64,000 bases of DNA, from positions 5,084,001 to 5,148,000 of the forward strand of contig CM102284.1 in assembly GCA_046563655.1 (NCBI GenBank), written 5' to 3'. Positions 1 through 14,660 of this stretch are shown piece after piece (within the stretch, counting starts at the first letter, position 1; the number at the start of each line of letters is the position of its first letter). This DNA is from Yuukianura sp. NJ FZ-2021. Taxonomy: Eukaryota. The notes beneath the pieces are model-generated. The model worked only from the letters and a program-made list of their open reading frames with translations, was not told where the DNA came from and did not search any database. The translations under genes were made by a program, and so were the position numbers.

Positions 1-3000
1 CTAAATTACATTCCTGCACGATTCTCCTACTTTCACTCAAACCAAAATTAGTCTCATATTTTGTCAACAAAATCGACCCTCGGTTGAGGTTGACCTGCTT
101 CCGAATTTAGTTCACAAAAAACACAATCATAAGGAATTTCGATTTCGACTTTTAAGAAAATTACTTTTTGTATTCAGAATTAGAAATCAGAAAACAATTT
201 TTTGTACGGAGATTTTTTTCTCGCAAAATTAAATAAGCCTCATCAATCATGGTCAATTCTTCTCAGATGGAAATTGCCAATTGATTCTCAAAATTTCATT
301 TCGATTTTGGTTAACAAAGAATTTCCCCGCAGAGAAGAACAACGAACGCCAGAAAGCCTAAAAATCAATTCTGTCTGCACTCGGCGACTAAAATGCTGTC
401 CACCCTACCTTATTTTCTTTTCGTAACCTACATTATGGCTAAGGTGAAAGTAAACCTGCGGCGATGTAATACGCTTTGAAGTTGATAGGAATCAATGATT
501 AATGGACCTTGTTTATTCAACTAAAAATTTACGTTAAGGGCCTGTTCACATATTACGTGCCCCCTTTTTCCGTTTCCGTCTTTTAAAATTGCGGGAAAGT
601 TTGAATGAGGGGTTTTCCTCGCTAGCTCTCTTGGAGGTCAAAGGTGTGTGATCCTGTGACCTCCTGTTATTATTGTTATGTTGTGTGAAAATAACAATGG
701 AAGAGGAGAAAATCAAGTGGTTTTGGTTTGGTTAAGGGTGGAACAATGTCGAACATGATCCATGGACTCTAATGATACACTTCTTACCTACATAACCATC
801 CTAACCTGTTCAAATAACAATGGGAATCATTATGATTGTTACGCATCCTACGCAAAACAACAAAAGAAACATCAAAATTACAATCACGTCAAAGTGCCAA
901 CTTTTTCCTCATTTTATAGGTTTTGGCAGTTCAGATGATGGTTTTATGAGTGTGAGCCAAGTATATAGAGGGTCACTGCAACCAATGACCTCGTGAATTG
1001 ACCCCTGCCATGCCCTTAAGTGAGAATTCAGGATTCAGTTTGCAATAAATGTGGGAAACTAAAAAATAAAAAAATTTGGCTGAGAACTTGCTGCCAATTA
1101 AGAAAAACGGACGAGAGGATGAAATGGAAACTGAAAAATGCAACAGAAACAACAAAATTCTGAGCACGACATTGCCAAATGTCGAAAAAAAAAGACAAGG
1201 CACGGCAAACTAAAAAATATTGAAAACAAAAAAAAAATTTTTTTAAATTTGCACATTTTGCAGGAGACGTTGCAGTTTATGGGCGGAGGAAGAAACTTTA
1301 TGCGAATTAAAATCTGTAGGAAGCAAATAAATCGAGAAAACAAGATGAAAACGTGATTGTTTTAATTTGGATTGTGCGAAAAACACGTTTGCCAAAATTT
1401 TCAATTAAAATACATTTCGTCATAACCATCTTTGCATTCAAAGTAATTGAAATACTTTTTTTTGGCAGGGCCAATTACTGCTGTAATTGGATTGCACTAC
1501 AATCAATCGAACCAAGTATTCAAATCTCGAAATTTCATAATTTCAAAATCCATCACTTTTTCCTTTTCAAAGGCTAATCAAATAAAAGTTAGTGTTATTA
1601 GATACGTTATGCAGTTGAAACAAAAACATTTTTTGTGTGAATTTAAAATTATGGATTTACGATTCGAAGCAAGTAAAAATTGCAGTCATTTTTTTCGTTT
1701 AGTTTCACAACGTTAGCAAAAACGGATCTGTCAGAAGTAATAAGTTCGTTTTAGGGAATCGTGAGAAAAATGTGCCGAATACTATTGCAAATTTAATTGC
1801 ACGTTACGTGAGCTAGTAAGGGAAACAGCCAACAGGCAAAGAAGAACTTTTGCTTGATTTCATGTTACGCCAAAAGATTTGCCTGATTTCTGCTGCAGGA
1901 GCGAATTCTGATTGCAAAATCTACCTGCTGATGTACCTACCTAGTCCAACTGTACAAGATTTACAATGTTTCGAATTTTATGAATGAAAATCCCATTTGC
2001 AAATGAACTTTCGCTAAATGAAGCCCCCTTGGGAATTGGGATTGTGAAAACCGCAAAAAAAACTTCTTGAATGAAATGGCTCATAATTGACCAAACAGTT
2101 GAAAATCGAAAGCCCCATGATCTCCGGGTTCTCTTTTTTAGCAGATTTAGCATCTCCATTGTATTTCTACTTTAGAAAACTTTCTTAGCTGAGTCAGTCA
2201 CTACCCTTGTGCCAATAATAAACATTTTGCAAACATAGGCACACAGCCACGAGCCAATTTTCACCTAGCATAACCATACAAAACGCTAGTTTAGTTTGCA
2301 AAAAAAATTTAAAGATGAAATTCTCTACTGCAAAATCTGAAACGTCCTAACGTTAAAAAGTTAAATTTCTGTTTCCCTTGAATGTAATTCATAGAAAACA
2401 AAAACAAGAAAACCTAATTCACAATTTACTTTTCAAAGTCAAACAACAAACGAAACGAAGATTTTTAGTCAAGACGAAAACTAAAAAGTATCAATTCTCA
2501 GCTCAACTGTGTGACGGACAAGCCCGGGATATTAAAATTTGTAAATTGAAATGAATGGATTATTAATTGTTTGTCAATTGTTGAAATTGACAATTTGTCA
2601 ATTTGACATGGCTTAGAGAAAAGTGGTTGTACATTGTACAAGGTGGGCCTTCATTCAACAATTGAATATTCCAATACTCCCATACAATGTCATATATGTT
2701 TTATGAGCCTCACCCTTCGCCATCTTCACTTAAAAAGCATCTTCAAGACCTTCAAAATCTTTTTTGCAACATCAACTTTACAACCAAGACATTCAAAACT
2801 TGATTGTTGTTCATTGTTGAAAGAATTTGGAAGGAGATGCGCATGCGTAAGGAAATTTACAATTAAATCCAATGATCACTGTCCAACCATTTATGGGTCA
2901 CACAAGAAATCCAAGAACAAAGTCAATAATAACCTAATCCAAAGATGAACTTGACTCTAAAATTCTCAATTACTAGCCAATTTTAAGTACATTTTAAGGA

Positions 3001-3944
3001 AGCACATACTCAAAAGTGCTAAATATATTTAAGGGTGTGCACACTTAGGCACTTAAGGGTATGCAAACTTATTAGACACTTGTCTGCACACCCCGTGCAC
3101 ATAAGTACTTAGCAACCTTGGCTCGTCGCTTTCCTTGACAAGCAGAAAAAAATCATCACAGTGCGCATAATTGCAAAAACTCAGTTAAAAATCTTTCAAA
3201 AGGAGACGTTAATTGCTTAATTATTCTTCAGTTTCAGTTTAACACCACTTTTTGGCCTGCCAGTTGCAATTTAACTGCTGTTTTGTGAACCTTTTGACAT
3301 TGAAACTGAATACCCAAAAATGGAAAGTTACAAAGCCAAGAAGTTGACAGAACAGTTTCTAAACAGGCCCTTAAAAAATCTTCGAGTTCCTTAACAGAAT
3401 AAAAAAGAGGCGAAGCTAAGGTCGAAAATGTGACAAAAAATGTAAAAAGTCAAGATCATGATTCACATTTCCATGTAAAGAAGGAGTCAAATTCAATAGG
3501 GAAGTTTAAAGTTTGACTTTTTGAAACTGGTAGGGTCACTTCCTACGCTGCAGGTTCTCCATTTCATGGTCATCATTTTAAAGAGGTTATCAAACACTTT
3601 AAGCAACGCAGTTAAGCAACTTCTCACTTAATTCCTAACGAATGTCGGGAAAATTTCAATTTTCAGAATCAGGAGAAATTCAGAAATTGCTTTTCAGAAA
3701 TTTTTGTTTCTGGAATTCACAACAGGTTCAAGATTTTTCTCAGAAAAAGAAAATTAAAAGAAAGTTTCAAAACATTCCCAAACATCGCAGAAAATTAGAA
3801 CTTTGGAGAGATTTTTTTTTTTGGCAATTTGAGAATAACTCCGAAAAACATTTTAAAATTTCAAAAATTTTGAAGTGTAGTTTGGAATTTGGATTGCGAT
3901 TTAGCTAGTTCTAAGTAACAATTAAATGAAACTGTGGTCCTTAC

Positions 3945-4072
3945 CTTGATTACAGAAACGAAGACCATGACTGAGGATTTTGCAACTTCGAATTTTCTTC
4001 AAAATTTTGAAGTCCGCATCAGGGTTGGTGGTCGTTCCAGTTGAAATATTACGAAGATCGGTAGATTTTGAG
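3945..4072 (-). other. Probable first coding exon (MVFVSVIK) of an unidentified gene running leftward
   Basis: Pyrimidine-tract CAG acceptor at 4073-4075, ATG at 3968, strong AAG|GTAAGG donor at 3944. An upstream donor (GAAG|GTAAAT at 4998) suggests a non-coding exon. No downstream exon recognised. Confidence 0.25.
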
Positions 4073-6732
4073 CTGAAAAAAAGGAAAGAAAAATAAATAG
4101 AGCTGCAAATCTTTCTATTGTTGACATTTCTCTTCAATTTTTAGCTTAGCCTAGCAGAAATTCAATCGCGGATTACGGCACAACGGTGAAATAAGCTTAA
4201 GCCTGGCAGCAGACTCGATAAATTCAGCGTAAGATGAGAAGCGCTAAAAAGAGGAGGGGACGACCTCTAAGGTTTGAACAACACTAAAACCATGAGTTAT
4301 CCTGCATGAATTGAAATTTAAAACTTTAATCTTGGAGATCAATTTACAACTTAGAAGGCTCAAGCACAGTGTAAAAGCATAAACACAAGAGTAGAAGAAG
4401 GTGAGATCGTAATCACTATGATTTGGTTCATGGCCCACGGACTTTCATCTTTAAATTACGATTCATTCATCTTTCATTTCCAAAATACAATCCTTTTGCC
4501 TAACAAAACTAACCATGATTTGCAAAAACTAAAAATAAATGTAAAGCGTGCCAGTTTTAAGGTTTGCGCGTTACCATTCTTTTTCCAAACTAAGCATACT
4601 TAAAAAAACTGTACAAAGTTTACAAAACTTCGACAATCAACGTTAAATTTAAACAAGACTAAAAAAGTGGACTATAAAAACAATCATGACGATCTTGACG
4701 CCAAAAATTTCGCAAATTCCAGATTTGGATTTCATGGGAGACAAAAAATTTCAAGGCAAAGGCTACTCCAGTTGCCAAATTAGCAAGAAACTTTTTTTGC
4801 AATTCAATCGATAAAAAATGCTGGTTTCGCATTGAGTTGCAAAACTTTTTGTAATAAAGGCGCGTCCTTGGTCGTAAAAGCTGCTGCCAAATTTTTTTTT
4901 CCTGTTTTGCGAATAAACGAAGCGAATTAACAAGAATAATTGAAATGCAAAAATTCAAATTCACTTTACACACAAAATTACAAATTTCACAAATTTACCT
5001 TCAGAAATTAACACATCGATTCGAGTTTTCACTTTTTTAACACTTTTGAATCATAAACAAGGCCTTCCTTTTTCGCCGGTTTTCAAAATTCGAAGTGTTT
5101 CAGATATTTGTTGAGCTTTTTTAACCTAAAATTTTCTTGTAGTTAAAAAAGTTACACTTGAAATCCGTTGAGCAAATTTCAGCAAGGTTTCAAAACTTCG
5201 AACTTTCTCTTGGGAGAAAGTTGAGTATTTCTTGCTGTTCGAACTCTCACTCTTGTTCAAAACATTGTTTAAAACTATTAGCTTTTGAAACTTTTTGAAT
5301 AACACTTACGTTTTTTGTGTGTGCTCACTGCCCAAAGGTTTGTTTGCAACTAAGTTTTCCACTCGTCGTTTTTCCCTTGCTTCTTCATTGTTGTTGATTT
5401 GGGAGAGTTTTGGTGTGGATTTGAGAGGGGGGAGATTTGGGTTGGGTTGAATCTGTTACAAGATCTTTTTGTCTTTGAAAATCTTCTTCATCTTCCTGGT
5501 CTGCGTCCTCGGTTCATCTGGTTGGCCATGGGAAGGAGAGGGATTTAGCCGCTTCTGGAACATGTTTAAGGATCCCGATGCTAAATGACGTGCAGAGAGA
5601 TGATCAAATTGACTAGGACTGGTCCTCACCGTTTCCAAATGCTTTCAAAACATCTTCTCGTCTTCAGAGGTAAACTGAAGGGCAAACAATTTTTTCAGAC
5701 AGTCCATGCTCTCCTCCTGTCCTGGAATAAATAACCACAAAAAATGTTAAGTTTAAGCCAAGATCATTTTTTGTATAGAGGAAATTCAGGAATTAGGGAA
5801 CTCAGAATAAATTATTAAGAAAAAAGAACTCCTTGAACTTAACTTGACATAGTAACTGCAGTAGTGGAAGTTCTACGGTAGGTTCATGTCAGAAGTTACG
5901 TAAAATGTAATGCAACAGGTTTCTTAGAATAGTAATGAAGCCGAAGGGCCCCTGCGGGATAAGGTTAAGGGCCCCTCTGCTCCATCATTCTAAAAGACAT
6001 TAAGTTTAAAAACTTTTTTTTCGAAAGTGAATCCATTTCCAAATTGGTAACTGTGAGAAGATTACGGGATGAAAAATGTCGTTTTTTCCTGGAAGTACAT
6101 AGGAAATGGGGGGAGAAGGTTTCGTTTTTCAAACTTTTCAAAGTTACAAAGGGACCCCTCTGCAATTAGGGCCCTTTTGTTCAAAATCTAACAAAAATCT
6201 CTTTTGTAGTTACTTGTTTTTAAAAAAAGTTCCAAAAAACATAAACCCTTGTACTATCCCATTTCCTGGTGACAGCGCGGCTTGACGTAATCATTGCGTT
6301 GAAAGATGACGCAAATCACAGCCATGGCGTTTTTGTCCACAGTTTATTGTGAGTTCTTATCCTACGATTAATTGCAAAGTAATTACTTACCGTGATTCTT
6401 GACGCCCTTAAAATCACTAATTTCAGTTTTGTTTTCTAAACTACACAGTAAAGGTAAATACAGATTTTTGCAGATTTTGAAGAATACTAAGCTTAGTACA
6501 GGTACGGATGAGCTAGAAGTTGCAATTGTTCGCACAATTTTGCGAAAAATTAAAGTTCTAAAGATAGACCTACGTAGTTAAAATAGGACTGTTACAGTTT
6601 AAGCTAAGAGCACCATTAAGTAAATATTTTGGACGCAATGTCTAAAGCCATTTGAAGTTGCGAAGTAAGAACCAAGAAGTTAAGAAGTTGCACCATTAAA
6701 GAGAAATCCTACTTTTGTGTAGGGGAGGGCCC

Positions 6733-9700
6733 TTAAGAGAATAAATTATTCAGCTTAACATCGGGAAAGTTTCCGCGAAATTGAACCAGGTACTTGATAT
6801 TTGCTTGTTCCGGTTTGAAAACAATGTACTCGTTGTAGTCCAAACCAGAGTGCCAGGACTCATTTTCTGACAGAACACGCTCCGCTTTTTTACCTAGCGG
6901 AATCCTTCGACCTGTAGAAACAGAAACTAATTAGTTGAGATCAAAATTAAAATATTTAATTAGTAATTTAAATGCGGAAGACAATTAAATCGTTAATATA
7001 ATCAAATAATTATACAACCAAATAACTATTCCCAATCAATCAAGAATTAGCAGAGAATTCTTCTCCGCGCATCGCGCTGCAAGCGTTTTAGCATTTTAAA
7101 TTTCGTTTGTCAAAATTTTTGATTTTTGTCTCTTTTGCAGTTATAAAGCGCTTTGAATCGTGTTTATGTAAAACGCCGATCAAAAATTAATTTTCACAGC
7201 ACAACACTTGAAACCTGTAAAAAATTAATATTTTTTCTGAAAAGTGTCTAATCGACCCAAAATTTATCAACTCGACAAAAGACTATAGGACTTAAAATTT
7301 TGGAAATTCTTTCTCCGTTTTTGAATTTTACGCTGTTTCAAATCAATTTTCAACCGTTTTTCAACAAAAATTTCCAACCAAAGGGTCTTCGCTCAATTTC
7401 GCAAGAATTGGATATTTTTGACATAAAATACGTAACTGTCATTAGTGATACATAAATTATATGCAATATTGCAAATTTCAATTACCTTTCCAGAATACAT
7501 CCGCACTAGGTTCAGGCAAGTAACGGGAATTTGCTGTTTTGAGACTATGGTGCCCTGGCTTGAGGGTGTCTTCTTTTTCTGTCGCAGACAAGTAGTTTCC
7601 GAGTTTCACATCTTGAATTTTACCAAGGGCTACTTCACACAACAGTGCAAATTTGGGTTGACCTGGCTCAATTGTGCCCGAATACTTGACACTCTTCTCC
7701 AACATGTCAGAAAAGTAAATTCCCTAGAGGAACATAATACACAAAATTTTAAAAAACGTGCCTCATAAGTGTACAAGTTTAAAAAAACAACAATTTTCTC
7801 CAACCTTTCCGAACAAACTTCCGTTGAAGCCGTATCCCAAGGGAGCTATTTGGAGTCCACGATGTAAAATGGAGAGTAAGTTGCACGTCTGCGTTCCATG
7901 CCAAAGGAGGTGTCGGTTTCCAATGCCCAATTTACAGAGGCGTTCATCCGCTCCAGGGATTTGAACTCTATAAATCTTGTCGACAATCGGGCGACTTGAT
8001 CCTGAAGACGTGTTGTAAGCGTACTCCAGGATAAGTTGAGCTTCTTCACAAGACTCATCCAGCGTTTCAACTTTTGTCCCCAGCGTGGCATAAACAAAGT
8101 CCAACGGGTTCGTTCTGTCTTGATTCCATTGGGCTGCCATGAGCATCTGAAAAGCAAACTCGTTATGGAGAAAGTTCCGAATGAGTTGTTGGTGTTTTCG
8201 GAGCTCTGAAAACTGGCTGAACGGCGTTATTTTCTCAAAGGCATAGCCATGTAGTGGAATCAGCGTAAAATACTCTTCGCTTAATTTCAGCACTGAATCT
8301 CCAAGCGTCTCTCCACGTTCCGGTTGCTTGAATTCGCCCTTAGCTTCTCGTGTCAGCAATTTGTCAAGTTCGTCCAAAATTGCTTCGGCTCTTTGAAGCG
8401 TTGCGTAGTCAGTTTGTCCAAATGGCAAAAATTCTCCAAGGTTCCGCGATAAATCAAATGGTTTTGAACGATGCTCAAAACAAAGTTTCCTCATGAGTTG
8501 AAAAACGCTTTGTGACAATTGTGAGCGTAGAGTTTTCGATTTGGTATCCAGTTCGTCAAAGTCCACTTTGACAACTTCTGCATATCTTGAATGAGTTTTG
8601 CTTAGTTTTCCTCTGTCCAAATTCACCAATTTGTACTTCTTAGGCATATTGACGAACGGAGATGCAGACAAATCGTCCCAGGCATTTCCAGATTTGGCTC
8701 TAAAAATCTTTTTGAATTCCGCTACAGCTTCAGCTTCCGTGGGGAAAGGCGTTTTTTGAAACTGTCCAGTGTCACCCATGCGACCCCATCTTGTGAACAG
8801 GATTATTAGTTCCGGTCCTTTGGTTTGCTTGATTAATTGCATTTTGTAGTAATTGTACAGACCAAACACTCCGTAGTTAAGGTCAACTTGGGTCATGAGA
8901 CAGTCAAATGGAACTTGTCTTGCTTCATCCATCAGTACGACGCTGTTTTCAGCGGTAAAGCTGCTTAGTGAATCTGCTTCCACTGGATCTTCATCTTCCT
9001 CTTCCAGTTTTTCCTTCAACTTGTCCAGCATTTGCTTAGCATCAGTTGCCGCCCTGGAGACAGGAATCGCTGAAATTCCATCGTCGAATTCAGGAGTCGC
9101 TTCACACTCTAAGCCATTCTTGGTCTTCAATTCAAGAATTCCAGATTGAGGATAGCGCAGAAGTTTTGCTAAGGCAGCAGCGATTGGATACTTTTGATGT
9201 CGAAGTGCCATTTCCATTGGAGTTGTTTCCAGTAACCGTGACTGATTTTTGATGTTCAAATTGGCTCCAGCTCCTGCAAGTAACTTCAGAATTTTCTCTG
9301 CTCGTGCATAGACCAATGTCGTTGAAGCTCCGACTGGTGACACTAAATAGTGAATCGCTGACGATCCTTCGTTATCCACAGCATTCAAGTTTATTCCGCT
9401 ACTTGCTATCACTTTGCTTCCAGCTTTTCTTTTTCGGCCATCTTTAGTATTGTTTTCTTCATCTGCCCAAGGATTTGTGTCTTTTTCAAAATCGTAGCCA
9501 GACGGATTCAGTAAAAGCTTGACCATTTTGATATCGTTGAGTCGAACAGCATGCATCAACGGAGTCCTTCCAGCAGAATCTGGAAAATTGATGTCAATTT
9601 TTCCTGGAAGAGTCAGCAACCATTTGGCAACGCTCTTGTTTCCATAAATGACGGCCATGATGAGTGGTGAATACTGAGCAGTAATTGAGGACATGAAGTA

Positions 9701-12700
9701 GTTTGGATCAATTGCCTCTTGTCGAATGTACCTCACTCCAGGAAAAGCTGGTGTCCGAATCGGGTATTTGCAAAGGACATTACCATCACCACCAGCAAAA
9801 AGTAAACTTTCAGCCCAAGCTTTCACATCCGTAGGAAAATCAGTATCGCCAAATGTTGGATTCCAAAATAACGAATTGAATGGAGTTCGCCCGGCAAAAT
9901 CTGGTTTCAAGTTGGGAATTTGACGCATGTTGATTAAGTTGCACATTTGAGTACAAAGATGAGCGTTCCGACTGATTGCAGCGTAAATGAGAGGCGTGGA
10001 CTTCAAATTATCAAGGGCGTTGATATCAGCGTTTTTCCTTATAAGCGTTTCCAGAATCCGAACTTGTATGTCCGGATCAGAGCTGGAGCAGGCGTTTTGA
10101 GCAAAAGTATGAAGCAAAGATTGTTTCTTTGTCATCAGTTGCTCAACTGTTTTGACTCTGTCGATTAATTTTGCTGCTAGCTTGAATCGTTGTGTTTTAA
10201 AAGCTGCTTCAATTCCAGGCGTTACGCCAGTGCCTGTTGCTTTCAAATTTTCCAACATCAGGTACAGCAGGCCTTGCCAGTCTTTTCGTACAATTTCTTG
10301 CAATATTGAATACTTGGCGTTCCTTAAGTTTTCTTCATCCAAACGTTCTGCTTCGTGCTTCACTGGTTTCCAAATCCATGGCGAAGACACTTCATCCAGT
10401 ATTTTTGTTATTCCAGCATTCAAGTCCACCACAAAATCTGATCCAGCTTGAAGTAGCATCAAGGAACAACCTTCGTGTCCAGATAGAACAGACAGAGCCA
10501 GAGGCGTATTTCCATTTTTGTCTTGACGATTAAGTATTTCTTGACGGTTTGGACTGAGAGCTAGAAGATGTGAGGCTGAAATAGTGGCTCCACGAATCGC
10601 TGCTGCGTGTAATGGAGTTTGTCCAAGTTCATCTGCTGTTTCAAGGGCGTCTAAACAGTTTGAATCTTTCATTGCTGCTGTCAGAAGTGTAACCAGTTCA
10701 ATTGGATCCATAAACGAAGTTGCTGTTGATTTCTTTCCTTTTCCAATCTTGAGAAATGCAAAATGCAGTGGAATTCGGCCATTTATGTCTCGTCGACTAA
10801 GACTCGCTCCAGCTTCAATCAGCGCATCTTCAACGTCGTAGCTGATGTCCGTTTCACCTCCACGTGACGTAATCAGTAAATGCAAACTTGTCCGGAAATA
10901 TTTGTTTTCACAGTCAACGGCAATTCCGGCAGCAACAAGAGCCTTGATAGCTTCAACTACGCCCGGAGTTGTCGGCTTCTTGCAGACGAAATGAAGAATT
11001 GAATTCCTAGTGTCCTTGTCCACAATTCCATTGATCCTAGCTCCTTTACTTATAAAAAGTGGAACCAAGTTGAACGATTGTTTTGGTTTCTGAGATACAT
11101 CCAGCAGCAGCATACTTTTTCCATCATCGCCTGGAGAAGTATAGTTAACGTCGGCTCCACTTTCCAGAAGGATTTTTATGGCCGCTTGAGATTGCTTGAG
11201 AATTGCAATCGTCAGAGGCGTTCGTCCTTTAGCATTGATTGGATCCAAGTTTGGTTTTTTTGATAAAAGAATTTTGAAAACGTCATCAGAGTAGTTGAGT
11301 CCAGCGGCTAAATGAAGTACCGAATTACCGGTAAATACGGTTCCCTCGACTTCTTGCTCGAACGCGTTTACATCTGAATCCAACTTGACAACCAGGAACA
11401 AAATGAATTCGATTACCTTCTTGGCTTTGTCTGGATCGTTAATTGATGAATAGTGTTTGAGCGTTTGAAGAAGTGGTGTCATCCCGCTATTATTGTAGGT
11501 TTTGCTCATTACTCTCATGGCTGCCAGTGACTTTGGATTCTTAGCACAATCTTGGTAAAATCCTTCTACGTCAGCACTTGAATCGTCCGTAACTAGATGT
11601 GGAATTAGCAGATGTAGAAGAGTATCTCCAGCAGCATTAGGTTCAGGAGTGAGGACTGCACCTAAGGCAATCAATTTCCGAACAAGTTCAAAGCGTCCGT
11701 AGTTGGCAGCCAGTGACATTGCGGTGTTTCCTGCCCTGTCCTTCGCCTCCAGATTCCCGCCATTCTTCACGACGAGTTTCATCGCTGCTAGCGTATAGTC
11801 TTCCTTCGGCTCCTGTTTTATAAAGTTCAGTGGATTTTAGAGAATTACAACACAACAGAACTTAAGTTAAATCGATGCTTACCTCTTCTTCAAAACCCCA
11901 TCCTCTATTCTTCAACTGCTTAATTTTCGTCAACTGTTTATGCTCACTTTCCACCAAATAATGAATCTAAAGAAAGTTGTTGATTAAGTCAAAATCATCT
12001 AAAAATCAATCAATTTCAATTCGTTTTTAATTACTCAAACTTACAGCAGTACTTTTGTCAAAGTCGGATACGTTACAATCTGCCTTTTGCTCTTCAATTA
12101 AATATTTGAGACGTTCTATCACATCTTCGGACGGTTTTGACGAAGCTGTCTGAAGAAGAAGCGTTAAACCTGAAATTATAACAAAACATTGAAAATTCAA
12201 AGTTAAATTGATATAAATTTTAAAGTAATTTCAAAATTACCTTTGCTATCAATTGGAGCGTCAATGTTGACTCCTGGTTCCTTCAGAAGTATCTCCACAA
12301 TTCCAATGTGACCCTTACAAAAAGCGATGGCCAACGGAGTAAGTTTCCATAAATTCGGTTCATTTGGACAGCAACCAGCTTCTAGAAGTAATTTCAAGTT
12401 GAAGCTCCATCCATATCCACAGGCAAAGTGAACCAAAGTATTTCCTGAAGAATCTTTGGCCAGATGATTGTCTCCGAGTCGAAGTAGGTAGGAAACAATG
12501 TGTGCATGACCATTGATCACAGCATGAGTTAAGGCAATCTTCCCACGACGATCTTTGATTTTCAGTTTTGCTCCAACAGACACTAGGTACTTGACAATGT
12601 CAAGGTGTCCGAATCCAGCGGCGATCATTAGTGGAGTCAGTCTGTCGTACTGTGCAGGCGTTGGTTTGTCTTTGTCAATCAGTGGTGACTCCAAAAGGAC

Positions 12701-14660
12701 CTTGACGCAATCAAGGTGACCTGAAGCACATGCCAGTTGCAAAGGTGTGTAGCCTCGTTTGTTCATTCTAAGAATACTGAAAGCATCGGCCGGGACTCTC
12801 TTCTTTTTGTTTCTTTTCGGTGTTTCCTCTTCTTCTTCCTCAGCATCTTCGTCTCCTGGAGCTGGATTTTTAGATTCCGCTTTTATAATCAGTTCCAAGT
12901 TATCGGCTCTTCCAATTTCAGCGGCAATGTGGGCTGGAGTTTCTCCTCGGTTGTTGGTTTGATTTGTCGAAATGCCACGGGCGATAATAAGCTCCATAGG
13001 TCCCGTTCCAGTACATGCGGCAGCATAATGTGGAATAGTCCAACCGTCGGAGTCGGTTATTGTATACAGTGGTGACATATTCAGAAGAGTAGCGAGACAG
13101 TATGGATCCGGATTGGTAGCAGCACAGTGCAACGGTGTAATGCCTGAGTTTCCAAACGGTTTCTTTCCTACTGACTGAAATTTGAACGGTGTCAATGGAA
13201 CTTTCTTCGTCCTTGTTAAACTTTCCATGTGCAAATTGTTGAATCCGTAACCTCCTTTGGCCAATGCTTTTTCAATCAGTTCAGCTCCAAGCACATTGTG
13301 TCCTCGTCGAATAGTATAGACAATCCGGACAAATACATTATTGGCAAGGTCATCCGGCTCATTGGAAATACTGTTCATCTTGCTCAATGTTGACAAAGGG
13401 AGACCGTATTCCAGGGCTTCGTTCCAATGGCCTGAATTGAAACTGGTAAATGCCGGCTCAGCATCCAAGGATGATTGATCTTTGAGAAGAGCAGCATTTC
13501 CTTCCTTTCCGCCACGGCCTACGGTAACATTCCTCAGAGCATGTCCAAATTGGTACCTCGATCCACGTCCAGTATTCTCTTCTTCAATAAGCCAACGCCC
13601 TACGTGTGCTAGTTTCGGTTCTGGATTCGGCAGTAAAATCTTACAGGCTGCGACGTTTCCTTTTTCAATGGCGTAAGAGAGAGCATTTCGACTGATTTGA
13701 ACACATCTCGGAACGTTGTATGATGAGATTGACTGTTTGTCTTGAGTCAACTTCTGAAGCATTTTCATATCATTTAGAAGAACTGCTCTGATGAGTAGTT
13801 TGGATTGAAAGGACGGAGATATGAAGGGAATTGGCAATGCTTGTTCGAAAGTCGGATCTTTCAAATATTCCGTCACATTTGGTTTCGGAATTAAATCCCC
13901 TTTCTTCACTTTCTTAGGTTTCTTGGACGAAATTGCGTCGTCATCGGGTTGCTTCTTCCGCTTCTTACCGGTTTTGACTTGGACGGGGGCGGTAGTTTTA
14001 GGCAATGCCTTTTTCCTAGCAATTGCTATTGCCTTTTTGCGAGATGCTGCCAATGTAGTGGAGTTGCGCTTCGTGATGGTTTTAACTGTAGTCGTCACTG
14101 CTTTAGTTACTTTAGGACTTACTACTTTGGTTCTTGTCGACGACAGTCGGGTACCGTTGGTTTTCGTTGTACCTTTGGAAGCTGAACGTTTGGACAACGC
14201 AGATGGTTTAGCACCGCTATCGGGTTTAGTTTTACTTGTGGAAGATGTAACTACCACGGCTTTGATTGGAATTCTTCCTTGCGACCTCGTTTGACGACGA
14301 TCCATTGTTTTTGCAGTTGGAGCTTTGTTCTTCCCAAGTTTTTTATTTCCTCCATCGACGACAGCGTTGTTGGAAGGAACGGTACTGCTTTTACTGTTCT
14401 GTCCCTGATGCAGCATTTGTCTCTTTGAGTATGTACTGGTAAACCCAGACGTCTTCACCATATTATTACTTGGAGGTAACGTAGCTAAATTGCCGGAGCC
14501 ACCTGTAATTATAAAGCACAGTTCATTGATTTACCGGCTTTACTTCAAAAACCGAACTGATTCAAATTTTGTCTTTACGTGTTACTCGAGATGGATTAAC
14601 GATGGAACCGGCGATGAGTTTCACCCGTCTACCGGAGCGACCGGAAGTGGGACCCACCAT
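6733..14660 (-). CDS. Ankyrin-repeat poly(ADP-ribose) polymerase (ankyrin array + WGR + PARP regulatory + catalytic), PME-5/TANK-1-like, ~2325 aa
   Basis: Seven in-frame exons: 14660-14579, 14502-12241, 12169-12045, 11966-11883, 11812-7805, 7723-7486, 6911-6733 (6978 nt). Many ankyrin repeats (GITPLHCAA, GYTPLQLAC, GQTPLHAAA); WGR domain (YYKMQLIK...FTRWGRMG); regulatory domain (LSEEYFTLIP); catalytic LLWHGT, GIYFSD, LCEVALG and LDYNEYIVF. Confidence 0.93.

Noticed and set aside
5456-5722. GC-richer minus-strand segment with a splice acceptor
   Set aside because: Stops in all three frames shortly after the acceptor; no recognisable product.
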